The notes under the pieces were generated by a model. That model searched no databases and was not told the origin of the DNA. It saw only the letters and a program-made list of their open reading frames with translations. 64,000 nucleotides of DNA from Dehalococcoidia bacterium. Its GTDB lineage: Bacteria; Chloroflexota; Dehalococcoidia; Lucifugimonadales; UBA1127. Positions 8,704 to 18,735 of this stretch are shown piece after piece (positions within the stretch are counted from its first letter, which is position 1; every line of letters starts with the position of its first letter). Made by a program: the position numbers and the translations under genes. The DNA is taken from contig CBDBGD010000008.1 of NCBI GenBank assembly GCA_965205235.1, positions 106,629 to 170,628 of the forward strand, read 5' to 3'.

Positions 8704-9393
8704 CTACTGGGCTTCGGGCGACGGGATGGTGGGGTCTGCGGCGCGCAGTGTGAAGTACTCCATGAGCGGCGCGAACTCGTTGTAGACGCGGCGGAGCTCG
8801 CCCACCGGCTCGTCGTGGAGGTCCACCCGCAGGTCCGTTCGGGAGAAGACCTCCCGGTCGAACACGACCAGGCCGGAGGAGCGCTGCCCGCCGTGCTGGC
8901 CGCCGGCGTCTCGCCCGGCCTCGATGGCCCGCAGTAGGCGCTCCTCCAGCACCTCGTCCTCAGACTCCTCGAAACCGCGTGCGATGGCCTCCGCCACGTG
9001 TCCGCCCAAGAGCACGTTGCCCATGGCCACGTAGTCGCGGCCGGTGATGTGCCCCGCCCAGTCCTTGTTCTCACTGCCCGTGCGGGCGGCTGAGTTGCCG
9101 TCCCTGTCGACGATCCCTATCTGTCGGTGCTCGATGTAGGGGTCGCTGGCGGCGACCTCCTCCAGCACCTTGGGCGCGGAGAAGCCCTGCTCCAGGAGGC
9201 GCAGGGCCAGTCGGCCCAATCGAGGGTCTGTGCTGGCCTGCGTGGCGACAGCGCCGACGTTCGCCTGGACGTAAGGACACCGGCTGGCCACGGCCATGGA
9301 GCGGGTAGTGATCCCCACGCCAAGTGCGCCGGTCCGCCGGCAACGGCCCATTATAGAGAACGTGTGAAAAGAGATGCCGCGTACAAGGTCCAT
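8704..9393 (-). CDS. DUF1028 family protein (Ntn-hydrolase-like)
   Basis: 229 aa from ATG 9393. FSIMGRC...GVGITTRSMAVASRCPYVQANVGAVATQASTDP...HRQIGIVDRDGNSAARTG...GGQHGGQRSSGLVV matches the DUF1028 pattern. The rest of the 506-aa ORF (to 10224) is antisense to the next gene. Confidence 0.8.
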   Translation of the reverse strand: MDLVRGISFHTFSIMGRCRRTGALGVGITTRSMAVASRCPYVQANVGAVATQASTDPRLGRLALRLLEQGFSAPKVLEEVAASDPYIEHRQIGIVDRDGNSAARTGSENKDWAGHITGRDYVAMGNVLLGGHVAEAIARGFEESEDEVLEERLLRAIEAGRDAGGQHGGQRSSGLVVFDREVFSRTDLRVDLHDEPVGELRRVYNEFAPLMEYFTLRAADPTIPSPEAQ

Positions 9394-9528
9394 GACGTGC
9401 TCCTGCCGATGGGGGTTGGAAGACGGGGCCATTGTTGACCAACGGTCAGTGTTCGTCAATCGCCATGGGGCCGCAGGCCGGTGCTGCGTAGCTTGTGGCG
9501 CCCAACTTCGCCATGCTACCATCCGGCG

Positions 9529-10716
9529 ATGATCGCTAGCCGAGGAAACAGAGGGCAGCCGACAGCCGACGCAGTGGTCGTGGGCGGCGGGGTCATAGGC
9601 TGCAGCATCCTCTACAACCTGGCGACCCTGGGCATGAAGCGCCTCCTTCTGCTGGAGCAGGGCATCCTGGCGGGCGGCGGCAGCGGCCTGTCCCAGGCCA
9701 TCCTGCGGCTGCACTACTCCAACCCCATCACCACGCTGCTGTCGTGGCACAGCCTCAAGCTGTTCCAGGACTTCGAGGAGGCCGTGGGCGGGCCCTCCGG
9801 GTACGTGCGCACGGGCTACCTCCTCCTCGCCGCCGCCGAGGACCGCGAGGCCCTGGAAGCGAACGTGGCCATGCAGCGGGAGATGGGCGTGGACACCCAC
9901 GTCCTCTCCCAGGCTGAGGCTCGGGAGGTCGCGCCCATGCTCGACGTGGACGACGCGGCCGGCATCGCCTACGAGCCCCAGTCGGGCTACGCCGACCCCT
10001 CGTCCGTGGCGACCACCTACGCCCGACGCGCTCGGGACATGGGCGCAGAGGTGCGACTGTCGACGGAGGTGACGGCCATCCGGCTCGCGGGCGGGCGGGT
10101 CGTGGGGGTGGAGACGCCGGCGGGCGTCGTGGCGACGCCGACCGTGGTTGTCGCGGCGGGGCCGTGGTCGAACTCGCTGCTCGCCTCCGTGGGCGTCGAC
10201 CTGCCGCAGAAGCCCATGCGGCACCAGGTGCTCACGCTAGAGCGTCCGCTCGACGTGCTGCCCTCGCACCCGACGGTGGCGGACCTCATCAACGAGTTCT
10301 CCTTCCGGCCCGAGGGCGGAAACCTGACCCTCCTCAGCTACGGCGAGGAGGACTGCGAGCTGGAAGGCTACAACCCTGGCGTGGAGATGCGGCTGGCGTC
10401 GGAGGCGCTGCCACGACTGGCGCGGCGATGCCCTGCGTTCGCCCAGGCCACGTTCCGAGGAGGCTGGGCCGGCCTCTTCGACGTCACGCCGGACTGGCAC
10501 CCCATCCTCGACCGGGTGGAGGGCATCGAGGGACTGTACGCCGCGACGGGGTTCAGCGGGCACGGCTTCAAGCTGTCGCCGATGGTGGGGGTGGCGATGG
10601 CGGAGCTCATCGCCCAGGGCCGCTCGACGAGCTTTGACATCACGCCGCTGCGATGGAGCCGCTTCCGCGAGGGAGCACTGATGGACTCCCGCTACCGCTA
10701 CCGCGTCCTGGCCTGA
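9529..10716 (+). CDS. FAD-dependent oxidoreductase (DAO / sarcosine-oxidase-beta-like)
   Basis: Dinucleotide fold ADAVVVGGGVIGCSILYNLA near the N-terminus and a GFSGHGFKLSP C-terminal motif. ATG 9529 is preferred over GTG 9481. Confidence 0.82.
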   Translation: MIASRGNRGQPTADAVVVGGGVIGCSILYNLATLGMKRLLLLEQGILAGGGSGLSQAILRLHYSNPITTLLSWHSLKLFQDFEEAVGGPSGYVRTGYLLLAAAEDREALEANVAMQREMGVDTHVLSQAEAREVAPMLDVDDAAGIAYEPQSGYADPSSVATTYARRARDMGAEVRLSTEVTAIRLAGGRVVGVETPAGVVATPTVVVAAGPWSNSLLASVGVDLPQKPMRHQVLTLERPLDVLPSHPTVADLINEFSFRPEGGNLTLLSYGEEDCELEGYNPGVEMRLASEALPRLARRCPAFAQATFRGGWAGLFDVTPDWHPILDRVEGIEGLYAATGFSGHGFKLSPMVGVAMAELIAQGRSTSFDITPLRWSRFREGALMDSRYRYRVLA

Positions 10717-10744
10717 CGGCGGCTCGGCGCAGCGGCGACTCGAG

Positions 10745-11037
10745 TCGATTCGTCCCGTTTTTCGCGTTTTTTCCCGGCTGCTCTGTGCCTGGGGTCGCGC
10801 CTTCAGCGCTCGAAACAGCTTTGAGGTTGAATCGCTGTTGTTCCGCGCCGGGATGGGGCGCAGCTTGGACTCGTTCTTTCGTCCGGCCATCGGAGAGAGG
10901 GGCCAGCTTGGGGGTTGTTTCGCGAAGGCGGGCTGGAACCGCGGGGCACAGATACGAAACGAACGCCTCGCGAAAAAACCGCGGAACAACCTCCAGATAG
11001 GAAACAGGGGTTGCGTGAAGGGGGCGCGAAACAAGCG
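10745..11037 (-). repeat. Repeat family A, right copy (inverted relative to 4587-4895)
   Basis: Its reverse complement aligns by eye to 4587-4895 at roughly three quarters of positions. Example: CGAAACAGCTTTGAGGTTGAATCGC is the exact reverse complement of the left-copy block. Confidence 0.75.
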
Positions 11038-11138
11038 GCCAGCCGCCTAAGCCAACACGATGGGACGGCGACTGTTGGAGGGGGAAAATGTCGAGGTTCC
11101 TGCGGAGGCAGGAACGGCGAATGGGCCGCCGCCGTTCG

Positions 11139-11258
11139 TGGGACCCTTCGACAGGCTCAAGGCGAACGGCGGCTTCGGCAGGCTCAGGGCGACCCTTCGA
11201 CAGGCTCAGGGCGACCCTTCGACAGGCTCAGGGCGACCCTTCGACAGGCTCAGGGTGA
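11139..11258. repeat. Tandem 22-bp repeat (GACCCTTCGACAGGCTCAGGGC), 3 perfect and about 2 degenerate units
   Basis: Perfect units start at 11191, 11213 and 11235, with degenerate units from 11139. Single copies of the same motif occur at ~13470-13497 and ~14345-14385. Confidence 0.9.
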
Positions 11259-11405
11259 ACGTCGGGCGCGGGCGCGTGCGATCGGTGGGCATGGGGGTAG
11301 GGTAGGGGATGGAGGAGGTGGGGCATAGGCGCGAATGGCACCGAGCGGGTGGGCCCACCCAACGGGACACAACCCTCCTCAGTCTCCGCAGGGAGATGGG
11401 GCGCC

Positions 11406-12608
11406 CTAGCCCTCGATCCTTGGCCCGTAGAGGCGGACGGCGTTGTCCCAGAGGATCTTGCGCTTGGCGTCCTGCGAGATGGGCTGGACCAGGAACGCGT
11501 CGAGGGCCGTGTCCGGGTCGGGGGCGTCGGTGTGGGGGTAGTCGGTGTTCCACACGACGTGCTCACCCCAGCCCAGCGCGACCACCGCGGGCAGTGAGCC
11601 TTCGTCGCCGTCGCAGGCCACGAAGCCCTGGCGTCGGAAGTACTCGCTGGGGGCCAGGGGGAGCAGGGGCGCATCGAACCACATGCCCTGTCGACGGGAC
11701 TCGAGGGCATGGTCGTCGAGGCGGCTGAGCCACCACGGGAGCCAGCCAGCGTTGCCTTCGAGGAAGGAGACGCGCATCTTGGGGAAGCGCTCCAGGATGC
11801 CCATGTAGACCACGTGGCCCAGGGCAAGCATGTTCTCGAACGGGAAGCCCGTGGCGTGGTCCAGGGCCACCTGCTGCCCCGGCACTGCGTGGCGAGGCTG
11901 ATAGCGGGCGGAGGTGTGGGGCGTGCCGCTGCTGGCGCCGTGGAAGGAGAGGGGGAAGTCCAACTCCTCGGCCAGCGCCCAGAAGGGGTCGTAGGCGGGG
12001 TCTTCCCAGGCGAGGCCCCTGGCCGGCGCGGGCATCATCACCGTCACGTGGTTGAGCTCGGCCACGGCGCGGCGGGCCTCCGCCACCAGGCCGTCGACGT
12101 CATGCTGGTCGGGGATGGCGGCCACGGCGTAGAGGCGCGATGCGTCGGTGCTGCAGAAGTCGCGGGCCCAGGTGTTGTAGGCGCGGGTCACGGCCCAGAG
12201 CAGGCCTTGGTCGCGGTCGTGGACGCGGAGGAAGGGGAGGGAGCCGAGGTCCGGGATGCAGACCTGCTTGTCCCAGCCGAACTGGGCCATGTCCCGGAGG
12301 CGGCTCTCCGGGGTCCACTCGTCCTCGTAGGACTGTCCGTACTTGCGGGGCATGAAGTCCCTGGCCTGCGCGCGGCTCTGCCGGTTTGATCCGCCGCCCT
12401 GGATAGACGTGCGACGCCGGGGAGGCTCAGGGAAAAGCTCGCTGGGGAGGAACTGAGCGTAGCGACGCCCCTTGTGGAAGTTCTCGTCGTCGACGATGCG
12501 GATGCGGGGCCGGCGGTCGTAGTACTCGGGCTCGACCATCTCCACCCAGCAGGCGAAGATGTCCTGCATGTGAGCGTCGGCGTCGATGACCCTGAAACCG
12601 TCCTTCAT
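11406..12608 (-). CDS. Amidohydrolase-2 family protein (ACMSD-like metal-dependent hydrolase/decarboxylase), paralog of 35531..36727
   Basis: 400 aa. Opens MKDGFRVIDADAHMQD. WNTDYPHTDAP near the C-terminus. Collinear with the 398-aa paralog over its full length. Confidence 0.8.
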   Translation of the reverse strand: MKDGFRVIDADAHMQDIFACWVEMVEPEYYDRRPRIRIVDDENFHKGRRYAQFLPSELFPEPPRRRTSIQGGGSNRQSRAQARDFMPRKYGQSYEDEWTPESRLRDMAQFGWDKQVCIPDLGSLPFLRVHDRDQGLLWAVTRAYNTWARDFCSTDASRLYAVAAIPDQHDVDGLVAEARRAVAELNHVTVMMPAPARGLAWEDPAYDPFWALAEELDFPLSFHGASSGTPHTSARYQPRHAVPGQQVALDHATGFPFENMLALGHVVYMGILERFPKMRVSFLEGNAGWLPWWLSRLDDHALESRRQGMWFDAPLLPLAPSEYFRRQGFVACDGDEGSLPAVVALGWGEHVVWNTDYPHTDAPDPDTALDAFLVQPISQDAKRKILWDNAVRLYGPRIEG

Positions 12609-12660
12609 GGCGCTCCTCCCAGGCTGGTGGTTTCACGGTAGGGCTGCGCGCCCGATGCTG

Positions 12661-13335
12661 TCAAGCGGCGCCGCCAGGTGCATCGAGCACGACGGGGTAG
12701 TCCATCGGGCCCCAGTCGACGTCGGGGTGGGACATCATGAGGTGGACAAACACGGGCACGAGAGTGGCCATGATGCGCGCGCCATCCTGGACCTGGGAGC
12801 GATTGACGGAGCTACCCCACGTCGCACCCCCGTGCATAAGCTGGATCCGCAGCACGTAGAGCCGGTCGAACAGGGTGCTGAGGATGAAGTGGGTGTCGCG
12901 CTGGGCCAGGGCCTGATTGACGTGCCGCGTGGCCTGCTCGAAGGTGTATTCCCAGTTGTCGTAGCCCCTGCCGCCGTGGTGCTCCCAGAAGGGGTGGTAG
13001 ACGTAGCGGTTCTGCAGGAGGAGGCGGATGGGGCCGGAGAATGTCTCCCAGATAGCGTCGTAAATTGTGTTGTCAGAGTCCAGGGACAGGATGTTGCGGA
13101 AGAAGCCGGCGAACCGCTCCCGCGCAGTTGAGGTGGGATCGCGGGAGACCTCCTTGGCATAGGCGGCGTTGAAGGCTATCCAGTAGAAGATGAACGCTGC
13201 ATCGTGGTCGCTTTCCCCTTCCTGCTCCGCTCGACACAGCCAGCTCAGCGCCCGACGCATGCGGAGCCCCAGCGGGCCCGGCAGCGTTTCCCGGACCTGC
13301 TCCCACTGTGCGGTTAGCTCATCGCAAGACGGCAT
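12661..13335 (-). CDS. Solitary HEPN-domain protein
   Basis: 224 aa from ATG 13335. Rx4H HEPN motif in LRIQLMHGGATWGSSVNR and the N-terminal helix block AAFIFYWIAFNAAYA. The upstream 32 codons of the ORF track are translated repeat sequence. Confidence 0.6.
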   Translation of the reverse strand: MPSCDELTAQWEQVRETLPGPLGLRMRRALSWLCRAEQEGESDHDAAFIFYWIAFNAAYAKEVSRDPTSTARERFAGFFRNILSLDSDNTIYDAIWETFSGPIRLLLQNRYVYHPFWEHHGGRGYDNWEYTFEQATRHVNQALAQRDTHFILSTLFDRLYVLRIQLMHGGATWGSSVNRSQVQDGARIMATLVPVFVHLMMSHPDVDWGPMDYPVVLDAPGGAA

Positions 13336-13508
13336 GGTCGTAGGGTAAGGGATGGGAGAGGCTAGGGGAAGAGACGGGTGGCAGTGGAGGTGCGCCCCCT
13401 GCCTTTGCAGGGGCAGGCTCTGCACCCTCATCCTGGGGTGTCGGGCTGCGGCGGTTGGGCCGCTGGCTAGTCAGGCCCTTCGACAGGCTCAAGGTGATCG
13501 GGATACTG
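13336..13508. repeat. Composite intergenic repeat locus 3 (G-tract module E, hairpin D, motif C)
   Basis: GTAGGGTAAGGGATGGGAGAGGCTAGGGG at 13341-13368. Hairpin CCCCTGCctttGCAGGGG around 13394-13411. CCCTTCGACAGGCTCAAGG around 13474-13492. Confidence 0.7.
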
Positions 13509-13904
13509 TCAAGAAGAGGCGGACTCGTCGCGGTGGGCGGCTGGGGGTTGGCCTTCGAGGTAGGTGGTGTGGGCGAAGGGGTCGGGGACGGGGAAGAAGG
13601 CGAGGACGTGAGCGTCGTCGTCGCCGACGGAGGTGAAGGCGTGGGGGACGCGCGGCGGGACGACGATGGTGTGGTCGGGGCCGACGCGCTGGGTGTCGTC
13701 GCCGAGCCGGGCTTCCAGTGCGCCCTGGAGGACGACGATGAGCTCGTCAGCCTCGTGGTAGTGGAGGGGGGCGCCTGCACCGGGGCTGACCTGGCTGTAG
13801 GCGAGGGTGCTGGAGACGCCCTGGTCGGGGCCGGCGATGTTCCACATGCGGTAGTTGGGTCGCCAGGGGGTCTCGGGGACGGCTCTGTGGTCGATGATGG
13901 ACAT
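13509..13904 (-). CDS. Cupin domain protein
   Basis: 131 aa from ATG 13904 (AAGGAGA Shine-Dalgarno). Cupin motifs GAPLHYHEADELIVVLQG and TIVVPPRVPHAF. Confidence 0.75.
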   Translation of the reverse strand: MSIIDHRAVPETPWRPNYRMWNIAGPDQGVSSTLAYSQVSPGAGAPLHYHEADELIVVLQGALEARLGDDTQRVGPDHTIVVPPRVPHAFTSVGDDDAHVLAFFPVPDPFAHTTYLEGQPPAAHRDESASS

Positions 13905-13940
13905 GGGGTTCTCCTTTGCAGCGACCTTGGTTGGGCCCAC

Positions 13941-16058
<2,118 letters not shown>

Positions 16059-16172
16059 CAATTGTGTCTGTTTCTTACGTGTGGTCCCTTTTACCGGACC
16101 TTCTTCCCACATTCCAGCTGTTAAGGTGCTCTTGCGCGCCGCGAGCGTTACCACCCGCGAGGCGTACCCGCC

Positions 16173-16201
16173 ATGTTGACAGGTTCCAAAGGGGTTGTCA
16201 A
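16173..16201 (-). promoter_or_regulatory. Candidate 16S promoter
   Basis: On the minus strand: TTGACA (16201..16196), 17 nt, CAACAT (16178..16173), about 110 nt upstream of the mature 5' end. The -35 hexamer is part of a palindrome, TTGACAggttccaaaggggtTGTCAA. Confidence 0.3.
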
Positions 16202-16240
16202 GGAGGATACGGGGGTATTGAGAGGGTGGGGCCCGTGGGG

Positions 16241-18733
16241 TCAGAGGGTCCTGACGGCCTGCTCTATGGCTGCGGTGGCCTGCTGGTAGTCGGCGCCGGG
16301 GGTGAAGGTGAGGGGCGGGCCGAAGCGGACCTCGACGCGGCCTCGTCGGAGGAAGGGGAGCCACGAGGGCATGCCGAACCGCGTGACCTCCAGTCGTATG
16401 GGCACGACGGGGACCCGGCCCTCGACGGCGATGAGGCCCGCGCCCTGCATGAAGGGCTGCATGGGGCCACCGACGGTCAGCACGCCCTCCGGGTAGACGA
16501 GGACCGACCAGCCACGGTCGATGATGCGGCCCAGGTTCTCAAGGCTGGGGCGGATCGGGCCCTCCCTGGCGATGGGAAAGCCGTTGCCCAGGAGGGGGTT
16601 CAACACCCACCAGACGGGGTTCTGCCACAGCTCGGCGGCGGCGGCGATGGCGAGATTCCGTCGCCACCGCCGGGTGACGGCTTTGAGGATGAGGGGGTTG
16701 TCCAGGCCCAGGTGGTGGTTGGAGGCGAAGAGGACGGGGCCGGTGAGCCCGGCGAGGTTCTCCCTGCCCGACACCCTCAGGCCGTAGGCGAGGGTCATGA
16801 GCGGGAAGACGAGACCCTGCTGGAGGAAGCCGCGGGCCATGCGGGCCCACAATCGCATGCCCCAGACGGGGAACTTGACGACGGGCGGACGCCGGGAGCC
16901 CTCCTCGACGAGGGCGGCGAGCTGCGCGACCGTGGTCTCCGGCGCGACCTGGGACTCGTCGAGGTAGACGCCGAGCTCGGCCTCCACGGCGGAGAGGAGC
17001 TCGACGCGGCCGAGGGAGTCGAGGTCCAGGTCGTTGCCGAGGCTTGCGGTCTCGGGGACGTCCTCCGGCCGCGTGCGTGCGACTTCGGCGATGATGTGCA
17101 CCAGGCCGCGGGGGCCTGGGGAAGCCGGGCGGGCCGCGGGGACTGTCGGAGGGGCCTGTTGGTCGGCGCCGCGTAGGATGGCGTCGATGACGACCTGGTT
17201 CTTCACCTTGAGGGTGTGGGTGCGAGGGAAGTCCTCCTCGGGCCAGACGGTGAAGCCGCGGACTCGCTGCTGCTCGGCGAGCTGGGCGTTGGTCCAATCG
17301 ACGGCCTCGCGGGCGGCCTTGGGGTCGTCGAGGATGAGGGCGGCGTGGACCTCGACGGAGGCGCCCCTGGGCAGGCCGACGACCACGGCGTCGGTCACGT
17401 TCGGGTGCTTGACCAGGATGCTCTGGACGTCCTGAGGGTAGACGTTCTGGCCGCTGGGCAGAACGATCATGTCCTTGACGCGGCCCTGGATGTGGAGGAA
17501 ACCGTCGTCGTCGAAATAGCCAAGGTCGCCCGTCTTGTACCAGCCGTCCTCGAAAGCCCTGGCGGTCTCCTCCGGGGCGTTGTAGTAGCCGGGGGTGACA
17601 TTCTCGCCCTTGACCAGAATCTCGCCGCGGTCGCTGATCCTGACCTGGACGTTGGGGAGGGGGCGGCCGGTGGAGTCGGGGCGGCGCTCGCGCATGGTGT
17701 GGTTGCTGATGACCGGCGAGGCCTCTGTGGCGCCGTAGCCCTGGAGGACCTTGACGCCCAGGAGCTCCCACTTTCGGCCGAGCTCGCGGTCGAGGGGAGC
17801 GCCGCCGGACACGATGAGGTCGAGCTTGCCGCCGAACTGCCGGTGCACTGTGCGGAACAGGTGACGCCGCAGGCCGAAGGGCACGCGCTCGGCGATCCGG
17901 AGCAGGCGCTCCCAGAGCCGTTGCCTGCCCTGTCGGGCCACCTCCCTCTCGATGCCGTTCATCAGCAGCTCCAACGCCTGGGGGACCATCAGCATGGTCG
18001 TGATCCTGCGCTCCCGCATGGTGCGGGCCAGGACGGTGGGCTGCCGGCTGGTGGGGTAGGTGACGCCGGCGCCGGAGTGGAGGGTCATGAAGAGGCCGCC
18101 CATCTGCTCGTACATGTGGCTGAGGGGGAGGATGGACAGGAGCCTGCTGGACGGCGCGACGGTGATGTACTGGGCGATGCCCTCTATGTTAGCGGTGAGG
18201 TTGCGGTGCGTGATCATGACGCCCTTGGGGTCGCCGGTGGTGCCGGACGTGAACATGATTTCGGCGAGGTCGTCCCGGGCGATGGGGACGGGGGCGGGGT
18301 CGGGGAGGCCGGCGATGGCCGCTTCGAGCTCCTCGAACGTGATCTCCGGGACGCCGAGCGCGACATCGCCCTTGGGCGTGAGGCGCGAGGTGAAGGCGAT
18401 CTTGGGGTCGGTGCGGGATACGACGCGGGCGACGTAGTCGGGAGCGCTGCGAAGGTCCAGCGGAACGAGCACGACGCCCGCCCTGATGCAGCCGAAGAAC
18501 GCGAGGACCCAGTGCGGGGAGTTGGGGCCCCACAGGATGGCCTGGTCTCCCTTGACGAGACCCCGGCGTTGAAGAAGGGTGGCGACCCGGCCGGAGTCCT
18601 CCCAGAGTTGCTTGTAGGACCAGCGCACATACCGGAAGGCGGGCTTGATGAGCAGGGCGTCACGCGACCCGTGCCGCCCCACGGCCTCGCGGAGGAGGTC
18701 GACCACGGTGTCGCGAACGGGTGTGACGGGCAT
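16241..18733 (-). CDS. Tri-domain fusion: AMP-dependent acyl synthetase, carrier (PP-binding) domain and PlsC-type acyltransferase
   Basis: 830 aa. Adenylation motifs FTSGTTGDPKGV, GYGATE and YKTGDLGYFDDDGFLHIQGRVKD. Carrier motif LGNDLDLDSLGRVELL. Acyltransferase motifs SNHHLGLDNP (HX4D) and VYPEG. Confidence 0.85.
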   Translation of the reverse strand: MPVTPVRDTVVDLLREAVGRHGSRDALLIKPAFRYVRWSYKQLWEDSGRVATLLQRRGLVKGDQAILWGPNSPHWVLAFFGCIRAGVVLVPLDLRSAPDYVARVVSRTDPKIAFTSRLTPKGDVALGVPEITFEELEAAIAGLPDPAPVPIARDDLAEIMFTSGTTGDPKGVMITHRNLTANIEGIAQYITVAPSSRLLSILPLSHMYEQMGGLFMTLHSGAGVTYPTSRQPTVLARTMRERRITTMLMVPQALELLMNGIEREVARQGRQRLWERLLRIAERVPFGLRRHLFRTVHRQFGGKLDLIVSGGAPLDRELGRKWELLGVKVLQGYGATEASPVISNHTMRERRPDSTGRPLPNVQVRISDRGEILVKGENVTPGYYNAPEETARAFEDGWYKTGDLGYFDDDGFLHIQGRVKDMIVLPSGQNVYPQDVQSILVKHPNVTDAVVVGLPRGASVEVHAALILDDPKAAREAVDWTNAQLAEQQRVRGFTVWPEEDFPRTHTLKVKNQVVIDAILRGADQQAPPTVPAARPASPGPRGLVHIIAEVARTRPEDVPETASLGNDLDLDSLGRVELLSAVEAELGVYLDESQVAPETTVAQLAALVEEGSRRPPVVKFPVWGMRLWARMARGFLQQGLVFPLMTLAYGLRVSGRENLAGLTGPVLFASNHHLGLDNPLILKAVTRRWRRNLAIAAAAELWQNPVWWVLNPLLGNGFPIAREGPIRPSLENLGRIIDRGWSVLVYPEGVLTVGGPMQPFMQGAGLIAVEGRVPVVPIRLEVTRFGMPSWLPFLRRGRVEVRFGPPLTFTPGADYQQATAAIEQAVRTL

Positions 18734-18735
18734 GC

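Noticed and set aside
8704-10224. 506-aa minus-strand ORF as a single gene
   Set aside because: Only the C-terminal 229 aa (from ATG 9393) match the DUF1028 pattern. The upstream 277 codons are low-complexity and antisense to the FAD oxidoreductase.
4587-11037. Inverted ~300-bp repeats plus the enclosed genes considered as a composite transposon or genomic island
   Set aside because: No transposase, integrase or recombinase lies inside or nearby. I could see no target-site duplication. The enclosed genes have the same GC character as their surroundings. It is kept only as a repeat-pair observation.
11139-11258. Tandem 22-bp repeat considered as a CRISPR array
   Set aside because: The units are directly abutting with no spacers and the unit is only 22 bp. 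There is no leader or cas genes. It is a simple tandem array of a dispersed motif.
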